From the NCBI GenBank assembly GCA_017961265.1, contig JAGCXN010000021.1:4793-68792 (forward strand): 64,000 bases of DNA. The letters run 5' to 3'. Both the position numbers and the translations under genes were made by a program. Below the pieces are notes generated by a model. That model worked only from the letters and a program-made list of their open reading frames with translations. It ran no database searches and was not told the origin of the DNA. The DNA is from Bacteroidales bacterium (lineage in GTDB: Bacteria; Bacteroidota; Bacteroidia; Bacteroidales; WCHB1-69). Positions 9,675 through 18,763 of the stretch are shown piece after piece (position 1 is the first letter of the stretch; the number at the start of each line of letters is the position of its first letter).

Positions 9675-9726
9675 TTTTCAATTTTCAGTTTTCAATTTTC
9701 AGTTTTCAGTTTTCAATTTTCAGTTT
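9675..9726. repeat. heptanucleotide tandem array (TTTTCAR)n, 7 units
   Basis: ttttcaa/ttttcag alternate. The array contains the uvrA stop codon (9706-9708) and its last five codons. Confidence 0.9.
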
Positions 9727-12549
9727 CCCCCGGAGGAATTGGCCTGTGTGTGATTCCGCTACGGAGGCGACCTCTTCGGGGGTGCCGGCACAGACGAGTC
9801 CGCCGCCCGCGTCGCCGCCGTCGGGACCAAGGTCAATCACCCAGTCGGCGCACTTGATGAGTTCGGGGTTGTGCTCAATCACCACGATGGAGTTCCCTTT
9901 TTCTATCAGACGATTGAAAGCCTGGTACAGCTTGTTGATGTCGTGGAAGTGAAGGCCCGTCGTCGGTTCGTCAAAGATGAAGAGCACATTCTGCTTGCTG
10001 TCCCCTTGCGAGAGGAAGAAGGCCAGCTTCACACGCTGCGACTCACCGCCGGAGAGCGTATGCGACGGCTGCCCCATCTTGAGGTAGCCCAGCCCGACAT
10101 CCTGCAAGTAGCGCAGGCGCGTGGCTGCATTGATGGCGGGACGGGGCGGATCCTGAAGCCCGTCAAGGAACTCAATGGCTTGATTGATCGTCATATTCAA
10201 GACATCACTGATGTCCTTGCCACCCACCTTCACCTCCAGAATCTCGTCCTTGAAATGCTTGCCGTGACATTCGGTGCACTCCAGGTCCACATCGGCCATG
10301 AACTGCATGCTGACGTGGATGACGCCTTCGCCTTCGCACTCCTCGCAGCGTCCGCCGGGAGTATTGAACGAAAAGAAGGAGGCCTTGTAGCCGCGCTGCT
10401 TCGACAGCGGCTGCGAGGCGAACAGGTCGCGGATGTCGTCGTAAGCCTTGATATAGATGGCCGGATTGGACCGCGACGACTTCCCTATCGGGTTTTGATC
10501 GACGATGATGACCTCCGAAATTCTGTTGAGGTCAGCATCTATACGGGTATGACGTCCCACGCGGTCACTCCCCTCCCCGAGCATTTTCTGTAAACCCGGA
10601 TAGAGGATGTCCTTGATGAGCGTGCTCTTTCCCGAGCCGCTTACGCCCGTGACGAGCGTAAGCACCTGCAACGGAATTTTCACGTTGATATTCTTGAGGT
10701 TATGTTCCTTCGCCCCGACGATTTCCACATAATTCCGCCACTTCCGTCGCAAGGTAGGCACCGGCAGACAGCGGCTGTCGGGCGCGTCGGGGTTCTCCAT
10801 CCCGCGGATGTAGGCCGCCGTCAGGTCCTCCTTCTGCTCCATCAGCTGCGGGAACGTGCCGTGGAAGACGATTTCGCCGCCCAACCGTCCGGCGCGGGGA
10901 CCGATGTCGATGATATAGTCAGCGGCACGGATGATCTCTTCGTCGTGCTCCACCACCACAACCGTGTTGCCGAGGTCTCGGAGCTGCTTCAGCACCCCGA
11001 TCAGCTGCTTGGTGTCACGGGGGTGGAGTCCGATGCTCGGCTCATCCAGCACGTACAAGGAGCCGACGAGGCTGCTGCCGAGCGACGCAGCTAGGTTGAT
11101 ACGCTGCGACTCACCGCCCGACAAAGTCCGCGACGAGCGGTTCAGCGTCAGATAACCCAGCCCCACCTCCATCAGGAAGGTGAGCCGGTTGACCAGTTCC
11201 ACCAGAATGTGCTTGGCGATTTTCTCTTCGTTCGCGCTATCGAAAGTGAAATTCTTGAAAAATTCGTAAAGCTCCGAAATCGGCATAGCCACCAGTTCCG
11301 TTACAGACTTTCCCTTGACTTTCACGTAGGTGGCCTCCTTGCGCAGACGCAGCCCCCGACATTCGGGACAGGTGGTGCGCCCGCGGTAGCGGCTGTATAG
11401 GACACGATACTGAATCTTATACTTCTGGGTATCCACAAAATCGAAAAATTGTTTGATGCCATAGACCTCGTGGTCGGGGTCGCCGTTCCAGAGGAGGTCA
11501 TACTCTTCGGGGGTGAGGTCCTCCACAGCGCGGTGGAGCGGGAAGTCCAAACGTCCGGCGGCGCGGATGAACAGCTGCTTCCACTCGCTCAACTTCTCGC
11601 CGTGCCAGCAGGCCACCGCGTCTTCAAATACAGACCGCGACGGGTCGGGGATCACGAGGTCGGGGTCGATGCCGTCCACGATGCCGGTGCCTCCGCACTC
11701 GGGACACGCCCCGTAAGGGCTGTTGAAACTGAACAGGTTGAGCGAAGGCTCCTCGAACTTGATGCCGTCCATTTCCATATTGGCACTGAAGCTTTTCTGC
11801 CGGCATTTGTCCTCCGCTTCCGTCTGCACGACGCAGACACCTTTGCCTTCGGTGAAGGCCGTCTCCACGGAGCCGGCGATACGCGCCTGCGAATCCTCCA
11901 TCGAATTGGCTTTGAAACGGTCCACCAACAGGAACAGCGCGTTCTGTTTCACTTTCTTCTTTCCTTTCGGAAAATCTTCAATATCAATAAGTTCCTTATC
12001 GTAAACGAGGCGACTATAACCCTCTTTGGCGAGGATTTCCAGCTGTTCGTCCAGGGTGCGTCCCGCAAGGATGACGACGGGAGCCATCACATAGACTTTC
12101 GTGTCGGGGGCAAGGCCTTCGATGTGACGGAGGACATCGGCGACGGTCGCGCGCCGCACCTCCTCGCCGCTGACGGGAGAAAAGGTGCGCCCGATGCGGG
12201 CGTACAGCAACTTGATATACTCGTAAATTTCCGTCACCGTGCCAACGGTGGAACGGGGGTTGCGCGAGATGACGCGCTGCGCGATGGCGATGGCGGGCGG
12301 GATGTTCTGGATGGACTCCACGTCCGGCTTGGTGATACGCCCCATAAACTGGCGGGCGTACGAGCTGAGGCTCTCCACATAGCGACGTTGGCCCTCCGCA
12401 TAGAGCGTGTCGAAAGCAAGCGACGACTTGCCGGAACCCGAAAGGCCGGTGATCACCACCAGCTTGTTCTGCGGAATCTCCACATCCACATTCTTCAGGT
12501 TGTTGACCTTCGCCCCTTTTATTATTATCTTATTTTCAGTCATATACAA
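9706..12549 (-). CDS. uvrA: excinuclease ABC subunit A
   Basis: Two ABC ATPase modules ([24 protein letters not shown]), Zn-finger Cys clusters and LSGGE signatures. The last five codons (LKIEN) and the stop lie inside the TTTTCAR heptad array. Confidence 0.95.
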   Translation of the reverse strand: MYMTENKIIIKGAKVNNLKNVDVEIPQNKLVVITGLSGSGKSSLAFDTLYAEGQRRYVESLSSYARQFMGRITKPDVESIQNIPPAIAIAQRVISRNPRSTVGTVTEIYEYIKLLYARIGRTFSPVSGEEVRRATVADVLRHIEGLAPDTKVYVMAPVVILAGRTLDEQLEILAKEGYSRLVYDKELIDIEDFPKGKKKVKQNALFLLVDRFKANSMEDSQARIAGSVETAFTEGKGVCVVQTEAEDKCRQKSFSANMEMDGIKFEEPSLNLFSFNSPYGACPECGGTGIVDGIDPDLVIPDPSRSVFEDAVACWHGEKLSEWKQLFIRAAGRLDFPLHRAVEDLTPEEYDLLWNGDPDHEVYGIKQFFDFVDTQKYKIQYRVLYSRYRGRTTCPECRGLRLRKEATYVKVKGKSVTELVAMPISELYEFFKNFTFDSANEEKIAKHILVELVNRLTFLMEVGLGYLTLNRSSRTLSGGESQRINLAASLGSSLVGSLYVLDEPSIGLHPRDTKQLIGVLKQLRDLGNTVVVVEHDEEIIRAADYIIDIGPRAGRLGGEIVFHGTFPQLMEQKEDLTAAYIRGMENPDAPDSRCLPVPTLRRKWRNYVEIVGAKEHNLKNINVKIPLQVLTLVTGVSGSGKSTLIKDILYPGLQKMLGEGSDRVGRHTRIDADLNRISEVIIVDQNPIGKSSRSNPAIYIKAYDDIRDLFASQPLSKQRGYKASFFSFNTPGGRCEECEGEGVIHVSMQFMADVDLECTECHGKHFKDEILEVKVGGKDISDVLNMTINQAIEFLDGLQDPPRPAINAATRLRYLQDVGLGYLKMGQPSHTLSGGESQRVKLAFFLSQGDSKQNVLFIFDEPTTGLHFHDINKLYQAFNRLIEKGNSIVVIEHNPELIKCADWVIDLGPDGGDAGGGLVCAGTPEEVASVAESHTGQFLRGKLKIEN

Positions 12550-12627
12550 AAAAAGACCTCACAAAAAAATCAAGGTGCGAAGTTACGGAATTTTATAGAA
12601 ACAAAAAGCATTCCCTCTGCTTCCTTG

Positions 12628-13329
12628 TTATACATATAGCAAGAAAATCGCGGGCTGCTTATGCAGGTCTATCGGCTGCTTGCGCCACTGTGCGATGGTC
12701 TTAGTCTGGATAAACTCCTCCTCCGTGGTGAGGTTAGCGGCGACACACAACCTGAGCATCGGCGAGCAGACCGTCAGTATCGAATTGAAAATATGATTGT
12801 TACGATATGGTGTTTCAATAAATATCTGCGTCTGTTTCCGTTTTAAGATGTCGTTTTCCAACTGGTGCAACTTACGCTCACGGTCGGGCTGCTCGGCAGG
12901 AAGATAACCGTGGAAAGCAAAATTCTGCCCATTAAAGCCGGAAGCCATCAGCGCAAGAATGATCGAACAAGGTCCGATAAGCGGTACAACTTTGATGCCC
13001 AGACGGTGCGCCTCCGACACCACCCGATTCCCAGGATCAGCAATACAGGGCACGCCCGCTTCCGACAAAAGCCCCACATTCTTCCCTTCCAGACAAGGTT
13101 TCAAAAACTCATTAACATTCAGATCTTTGAAATGCTTGTCCAAATGAAAGAAGGTCAACTCGTCAATCGGCTTTTGGATACCCAACTGCTTCAAGAAACG
13201 ACGTTCCGTGCGGACATCCTCCACAATATAATAGTCTATCTCATTAATTATTTGACTATTAAAAGACGGAAAAACATTTTCAAAACTGCTATCGCCTAGC
13301 GGCGAGGGAATCAAATATAAAGCGGACAT
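12628..13329 (-). CDS. tetrapyrrole-methylase-superfamily SAM-dependent methyltransferase (RsmI-like)
   Basis: N-terminal LYLIPSPLGD, GVPCIADPG and an RsmI-like fold pattern. 233 aa. Confidence 0.6.
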   Translation of the reverse strand: MSALYLIPSPLGDSSFENVFPSFNSQIINEIDYYIVEDVRTERRFLKQLGIQKPIDELTFFHLDKHFKDLNVNEFLKPCLEGKNVGLLSEAGVPCIADPGNRVVSEAHRLGIKVVPLIGPCSIILALMASGFNGQNFAFHGYLPAEQPDRERKLHQLENDILKRKQTQIFIETPYRNNHIFNSILTVCSPMLRLCVAANLTTEEEFIQTKTIAQWRKQPIDLHKQPAIFLLYV

Positions 13330-13341
13330 ATTGTTACAAAT

Positions 13342-14529
13342 TTAAAAATTCAATATCATTCCGGCAAGTCCTATCAGCAGGCCAAAGACGATGTTGGCGG
13401 CTTTCAGCATCAGGAAGCTTTTGCGGGAGTAGGCCAGCAGCGGGAGCGCGCCATGTCCGTCCTGTACAATGGAACTGGCCAGCAGGATGCTGAACGGCAG
13501 CACTCCGGCGGCATAGAGATAAATCCAAATGAACTGCGGCTGCGATTCGGGGATGATGCCCAACGCCAGAGCAAGGAACAGCAGCATCCATGTCACCCAC
13601 CGGTTGTTAGCGATAAACATTTCCAAATCAACAAAATAGTTTACAACCGCCAGAGCAACCAGCACGCCAAACGTCCATAGCAGCACTGACATAAAATGGT
13701 GTTTGATAACGTGTTCCCATAAATGTTCCTGCAAGAAATGTTCGGAACAGAACGCCACCACCAACAGGGTAATCAGCGCCAATATCCCGAAAACGAGGTT
13801 TTCGCCGTGCAAGTGATGTTCATGATGTTCCTCAATGGCCACATCAGCGTGATGATGATGGTCGTGTTCGCAGCAATGATCGTGACAATCGGCGACAACC
13901 ACTTCCTTGTTTTCAAGATTATCCATATCCGGCATAGAGCCGTGTTCATGGGAGATGGCTCCCGTGCCGAGAGCGGTGAGGTACAACACCAGTCCGAAAA
14001 TGAGGATGGCGCGGGAGAAAGACATCTTCTTGATATTCTGCCACGAAAGCTGCGCCTTTCCGTGACCGTGCTCATGCTGGTCGCCCTGATGCACCTCCAG
14101 CGTGTGGGGGTCGTCGCTGTAGAAGGGGCGGTTGCGGAAGAGCAAATGCGTCACCACGCCGGCAAAAAGGGCAATCACGAACAGAGAACCCAGCAGCACT
14201 GGCGCCGTGCGGGGGCTCATCGCAAACAGCAGGAACGCCGAATCACCGAAGGTGCTGATCATGCCCGCCACCAACGCCCCGAAAGTAAGCAGACGGTGGG
14301 TGTATAACGACACGATCGTAAAGCCGCCGATGCAGCCAGGAATCAGCCCCAGCAAGGAGGCGACCAGAACCTGCAGGTACGGCCGCTTCTGCAACTTCGA
14401 CAGCCAACGTCCGGAGGAACTGACATTCACGAACTCAATCAGCAGCATCATCACCATCACCAGGCAAGTAATGCTAACCGTGCCAGTGATGATGTCCATA
14501 AACTGATGCAAAAATGTATGTGTGTGCAT
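13342..14529 (-). CDS. polytopic inner-membrane protein, putative heavy-metal permease (ArsP_2-like) with a His/Cys-rich loop
   Basis: About 10 hydrophobic segments. The central loops read HEHGHGK and CHDHCCEHDHHHHADVAIEEHHEHHLHGE. It lies 3 nt downstream of recR. Confidence 0.45.
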   Translation of the reverse strand: MHTHTFLHQFMDIITGTVSITCLVMVMMLLIEFVNVSSSGRWLSKLQKRPYLQVLVASLLGLIPGCIGGFTIVSLYTHRLLTFGALVAGMISTFGDSAFLLFAMSPRTAPVLLGSLFVIALFAGVVTHLLFRNRPFYSDDPHTLEVHQGDQHEHGHGKAQLSWQNIKKMSFSRAILIFGLVLYLTALGTGAISHEHGSMPDMDNLENKEVVVADCHDHCCEHDHHHHADVAIEEHHEHHLHGENLVFGILALITLLVVAFCSEHFLQEHLWEHVIKHHFMSVLLWTFGVLVALAVVNYFVDLEMFIANNRWVTWMLLFLALALGIIPESQPQFIWIYLYAAGVLPFSILLASSIVQDGHGALPLLAYSRKSFLMLKAANIVFGLLIGLAGMILNF

Positions 14530-14532
14530 TTT

Positions 14533-15159
14533 CTAACTTCTTTTGATATAACTCTTTTCAAATTCTGTGCGACTGAGCAGCGAACGTCCCAGCGTGACCT
14601 CATCCGTGTATTCCAGTTCATCACCGATGCCGATACCACGAGCGATGGTGGTGATAGCAGCGACTTTTCCCTGTATATTTCTGTAAATGTAGAAGTTGGT
14701 GGTATCACCATCCACGGTGGCGGGCAGTGCAAGGATGACCTCCCCCACCCCACCGGCCTCCACACGCTGGAAGAGACTGTCGAGGTTCAAGTGCTGTGGC
14801 CCGATACCCTCCATCGGGGCAATCACCCCGCCCAACACATGGTAAACGCCATTGTACTGGTTGGTGTTTTCGATAGCCACCACATCCCGGATGTCACGTA
14901 CCACACAGACAATCTGTTTGTTACGCTTCGGATTGGCACAAATCTCACACAATTCCGTATCCGAAAGGTTATGACATTCACGGCAGTAGCACACCTTGTC
15001 CTTCAGGGCGATGATGGCATCCGATAGCAGCTGCACGTCGCCACGCTCCATCTTCAGGATGTGCAACGCCAAACGCAAAGCCGTCCGCTTGCCGATGCCC
15101 GGCAGCTTCGATATTTCGACGATCGCGTCGTCCAGTTGTTTTGAAAATCCAATCTCCAC
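14533..15159 (-). CDS. recR: recombination protein RecR
   Basis: HhH motif (KLPGIGKRTALRLALH), Cys4 finger (CRECHNLSDTELCEIC) and Toprim domain (VCVVRDIRDVVAIE). A GTG start at 15159 gives a canonical ~208 aa protein. The ORF-track ATG at 15240 sits inside a REP hairpin and would add 27 residues encoded by nonamer repeats. Confidence 0.85.
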   Translation of the reverse strand: MEIGFSKQLDDAIVEISKLPGIGKRTALRLALHILKMERGDVQLLSDAIIALKDKVCYCRECHNLSDTELCEICANPKRNKQIVCVVRDIRDVVAIENTNQYNGVYHVLGGVIAPMEGIGPQHLNLDSLFQRVEAGGVGEVILALPATVDGDTTNFYIYRNIQGKVAAITTIARGIGIGDELEYTDEVTLGRSLLSRTEFEKSYIKRS

Positions 15160-15164
15160 GGTGG

Positions 15165-15227
15165 TTACAAGTTCATAAAGTTTATAAAGTTCATCAAGTT
15201 TGTCAAGTTTATAAAGTTCATCAAGTT
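15165..15227. repeat. nonanucleotide tandem array (YRTMAAGTT)n, about 6.5 units
   Basis: cataaagtt tataaagtt catcaagtt tgtcaagtt tataaagtt catcaagtt, abutting the REP hairpin at 15228. In the recR frame it translates as LDELYKLDKLDELYKLYEL. Confidence 0.85.
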
Positions 15228-15256
15228 GTAGAGCCGTCATAGTATGGCGGCTAATC
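15228..15256. repeat. REP-like hairpin GTAGAGCCGTCATAGTATGGCGGCTAATC
   Basis: Same family as 9526-9554. Its loop supplies the ATG at 15238-15240. Confidence 0.75.
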
Positions 15257-15279
15257 AGTAGTTCCGTAATGAACTTTGG

Positions 15280-16707
15280 TTAATATATACTTGCTTGGGT
15301 TGCGGAATCGCTAACTTTCTTTTTCCAGTTGAAGACGATGCCGAACTGGAAATTCGGATTCGAGAGACGGGTGCGGTTGATGGCGGGAATGATGTTCTCG
15401 CAACTGGCGAAAATGGTCACCACTTTCAAATTGAAGCCCAAGCCAATGCCCAAGTTGTCGTAACTGTTTTTCATCAAGGTATAGGCAACACACAGATCCA
15501 CCCATTCGGTGAAGGACGCGCTGTAAGCCAATGTCAGCGACGGGACCAGTGTCCTGCCCACGCGGGCGGCCTGCACCAGAGCCGAAAAGCGGTGTTTGTC
15601 GTTCAGATTATAGTCAAACTGCACCATCAAACGGGTATTCAGTCCCGTGGTGTACCTCTTTATCATGTTGGCTTCCAGGGAGAAATAATTCAGCAAGGAA
15701 TCCACCACTTCTTCCTGATATGAGCTGTTGGACATGAAATTCTCCAATTCATCTTCATTGAATCCTGCAAACAAGAAACCGCCATCCTGGTAGCGGGCAC
15801 CATTATCTTTCACTTCACCTGAAAGTTTGTAAGCACTTGATTTCCATGAAATGAATCCGAGATCAAGCACACTTGCAGACAATGTATAGTGATCGTTGAA
15901 GCGGTATTGCACGCCAAAGTCCCAGCCCAATCCGAAATTTTTATAGATATTGCCCAGTGCAAATTCATCGGCCAACAGTTCAAAATGCTGCTCTCCGAGG
16001 GTGGGGTTAATACGGTAGGGCACGATACAGGAGCTATTCATATCCAGCTGATATTTCAATAAAATGCTGTATGAGGTGGGATCGGTGGCTATCTCTGCGG
16101 ACATTCTCCTTGTATTGATATTAGCCAATCCTATCAGGAATTTCTGCCGTGCTCCAAAACTCAGATGTTTGTTGAGCCGGTATTGAGCCCCTGCGCTCAG
16201 TTCCCGATAGGCGTTGACCTGCAGCTGCATATTGATGTCGGCAGGCTTGTCGGTATAGGCCATATTTCCCAAAAGCACCATTCCAAAAAAATCTTTTGAG
16301 GCTGAAAAAGCGGCATTGGCTTTCAGCCGGTAATCAAAAGAGAGGAACAAATTGTTCAAACGGAAACCAAAACCCACAATTTCCGTACTGAAATCGGCCA
16401 CTAACCAATTGTTACGTTTACTCAAACTATTTACAAATCTCTGACTTGTAAGATGCGTAGGATAACCATCCTGTTTTTCAAATAGTTTCCCATAGCGGAA
16501 CGTGGGGTTATACACTCCGGCTTGCAGGTTACTGATGACGGGCAAGGCGATATATGCGTCACACGGTGCGAAAGTTCCGGGCGAAGTGTAAATCTGCCAC
16601 GGATTATAGCGCATAAAATGCACCATCTCGCTGGTTTGCGCATGAATATTGGAAACCAACAAGCTCAAAATTAAGCACAATCCTATTTTAATATATCCTC
16701 TTTTCAT
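15280..16707 (-). CDS. signal-peptide protein, predicted outer-membrane beta-barrel of unknown function
   Basis: Signal peptide MKRGYIKIGLCLILSLLVSNIHAQ and alternating hydrophobic beta-strand patterns throughout. I recognise no catalytic motif. Confidence 0.4.
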   Translation of the reverse strand: MKRGYIKIGLCLILSLLVSNIHAQTSEMVHFMRYNPWQIYTSPGTFAPCDAYIALPVISNLQAGVYNPTFRYGKLFEKQDGYPTHLTSQRFVNSLSKRNNWLVADFSTEIVGFGFRLNNLFLSFDYRLKANAAFSASKDFFGMVLLGNMAYTDKPADINMQLQVNAYRELSAGAQYRLNKHLSFGARQKFLIGLANINTRRMSAEIATDPTSYSILLKYQLDMNSSCIVPYRINPTLGEQHFELLADEFALGNIYKNFGLGWDFGVQYRFNDHYTLSASVLDLGFISWKSSAYKLSGEVKDNGARYQDGGFLFAGFNEDELENFMSNSSYQEEVVDSLLNYFSLEANMIKRYTTGLNTRLMVQFDYNLNDKHRFSALVQAARVGRTLVPSLTLAYSASFTEWVDLCVAYTLMKNSYDNLGIGLGFNLKVVTIFASCENIIPAINRTRLSNPNFQFGIVFNWKKKVSDSATQASIY

Positions 16708-16725
16708 AATTCACGCTTTGTTGGT

Positions 16726-18270
16726 TTACAAATAAAGACTCCATTTCGCCGACACTTTCGTTCTCAAGTAGCGGCGGACATCCACATCAACTCTCCCATG
16801 CGTATATAGCTTAACCGAAAGAAGCAGGTTGTCACAGTTAAGCAGACGGCTGATTTCGTCAAAATCTGTCTTATGAATATAGATAGGTTCACAAAACACA
16901 GGAGCGTTGGCATATGCCCCTTGCAAAATATGAGGATTCAAAAAAGCAGAATCAACGATGGCATAGTTGTCGTCACAAAAATAAATTTGAGTCTCCATGT
17001 CAATGGGCAAATCATTTTCAAATAGTATCTGCAATGTCATATCTTTGATACGGTCGGCAGTAGGCAAATCGACGGCATTCATTTGGATAGTATCCCTGAA
17101 AGAAATGTCATTCATATTTATTTTAAGCGGTATTTTTGTTGCAATCCTCACGCTAATAGAGGAATTGCGGTCAATATGAATGGTTTCTGCAGTGGGTTCC
17201 ACTGTCACTTCCCCATCCACATGAAGAGTGGTATAATTGGTGTAAAAGTGGATGCTGGAGATGGTGGACATTTCCGAGACCTGAAAAGCATAAGGGGAAT
17301 TAGGTATCTGAATATCAACAGGAGAGGGCAACAAAGAAGCATCCGGATTACCGCCACCCGAAAAAGTGGTGGAGGACAAATGGCAATTCCCCTCCTTATC
17401 AAAAGAATTCTTCACAGAAATGTTGATAATGGGATCATATACAATCACATCACCGCCGAAACTACCATTTTGAATGTGGACATTCATATCCTTTTCGTAG
17501 GGTACTGCTATACGACTTACCTGCACCAGATCCGCTTCGCGCAGTGCCAGCGAACTTCCTGTATAATTGTAGTGGACTACTTTTTCTTCTGTGAGGTTCA
17601 CTTGCTCAGGAGTGCTAAAATCAACCGTAATATCCACCTCATTATCGTCGTGAGGACGAACAATATACCCTGCCAAATTCAAATGAATGTCGTTTTGATT
17701 TTGCGTCAATTCAACAGTATGGGAGAATGGCATTTCATCGGACGTAAAGATTTCGGAGGAACTAACGGTGAGGGTGCCTCCCCCATCAAAGCCGTGCGTG
17801 ATGACCATGTGGAGATTTCCACTTTCCATTACGCCCGAAATAAGCCGGAAGTAAGGATTACTCATTTCCAAAGTCACGGTATAACTCAACTCCGTGTTAT
17901 CACGATGAAGGCTGCTGCTTCCCGGGACAATAACCACATCATCTTCTTCGTAAATGTTGTCAAAATCAAAAAAAGAAGAGGCTTTGACAATTTCATCAAA
18001 TTCAGCATTATAAACCATGGTGAGGATATTGTCTTCCCCGACCACTAGAACGCTATTGTTGCCCAAACGACTTACAATACTTTCGATGCTATAGGTTGCA
18101 TCGGCAAGTGGAACGCCCCATTCGCTGGGGGAATCCGTCCCGTTAAAACGTGAAAAATCAAAAGCGTTTTTTTCACATGAAGCGACAAAAACTAGGATGA
18201 TTGTCATTAAAAGCATCCCCCACATTTTTTGGGGATTATAATTTCTTATCATTGGCATAAGCTTTTTCAT
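16726..18270 (-). CDS. predicted lipoprotein of unknown function
   Basis: The internal start MKKLMPMIRNY...LMTIILVFVASC carries a lipobox. The upstream part of ORF 16726..18414 overlaps smpB and is rejected. Confidence 0.4.
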   Translation of the reverse strand: MKKLMPMIRNYNPQKMWGMLLMTIILVFVASCEKNAFDFSRFNGTDSPSEWGVPLADATYSIESIVSRLGNNSVLVVGEDNILTMVYNAEFDEIVKASSFFDFDNIYEEDDVVIVPGSSSLHRDNTELSYTVTLEMSNPYFRLISGVMESGNLHMVITHGFDGGGTLTVSSSEIFTSDEMPFSHTVELTQNQNDIHLNLAGYIVRPHDDNEVDITVDFSTPEQVNLTEEKVVHYNYTGSSLALREADLVQVSRIAVPYEKDMNVHIQNGSFGGDVIVYDPIINISVKNSFDKEGNCHLSSTTFSGGGNPDASLLPSPVDIQIPNSPYAFQVSEMSTISSIHFYTNYTTLHVDGEVTVEPTAETIHIDRNSSISVRIATKIPLKINMNDISFRDTIQMNAVDLPTADRIKDMTLQILFENDLPIDMETQIYFCDDNYAIVDSAFLNPHILQGAYANAPVFCEPIYIHKTDFDEISRLLNCDNLLLSVKLYTHGRVDVDVRRYLRTKVSAKWSLYL

Positions 18271-18292
18271 TTTTATTTGCTTAATATAACGG

Positions 18293-18754
18293 TTACTCCT
18301 CATCCCCTCTTGCAGCGGCGCGACGCTGGTCCTTTTCTTTGATGCTGTCACGCTTGTCAAACATTTTCTTGCCTCGGGCAAGAGCAATGTCGAGTTTAGC
18401 ATAACCGTTCTCATTAATCCACATACGGGTGGGGATGACGGTCATGCCGCGGTCGTTGAGTTTCGATTGTATCTTTTTGAGTTCCTTTTTATTAAGAAGA
18501 AGTTTGCGATCGCGTTTGGGTTCATGGTTGTTGTAGCTCCCGTTGGCGTACTCGCTGATATGGATATTATGTGCCCACAATTCGCCATTGATGAAGGAAC
18601 AATAGGAGTCGGTGAGATTGACTTTTCCGGCACGGATGGACTTGATTTCGGTGCCCGTCAGGACGATACCCGCCGTGAAGGTGGAAAGGAGGTGGTACTC
18701 AAATTCCGCCTTGCGGTTCTTAATATTGATGTCGGCAGTCGGTTTCTTAGGCAT
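18293..18754 (-). CDS. smpB: SsrA-binding protein
   Basis: NRKAEFEY...[10 protein letters not shown]...NGELW motifs and a basic C-terminal tail. 153 aa. Confidence 0.9.
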   Translation of the reverse strand: MPKKPTADINIKNRKAEFEYHLLSTFTAGIVLTGTEIKSIRAGKVNLTDSYCSFINGELWAHNIHISEYANGSYNNHEPKRDRKLLLNKKELKKIQSKLNDRGMTVIPTRMWINENGYAKLDIALARGKKMFDKRDSIKEKDQRRAAARGDEE

Positions 18755-18763
18755 AACAAGAGG

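Noticed and set aside
9571-9726. Possible CRISPR array
   Set aside because: The repeat period is only 7 nt with no spacers, and there are no cas genes in the window. These are microsatellites, not CRISPR.
11449-12639. 396-aa plus-strand ORF, with similar ORFs at 9871..10593 and 10702..11094
   Set aside because: All are antisense to uvrA and have no motifs.
16726-18414. Full-length 562-aa version of the lipoprotein ORF
   Set aside because: Its first 48 codons overlap the 3' end of smpB in another frame. The internal ATG at 18270 is followed by a canonical lipoprotein signal.
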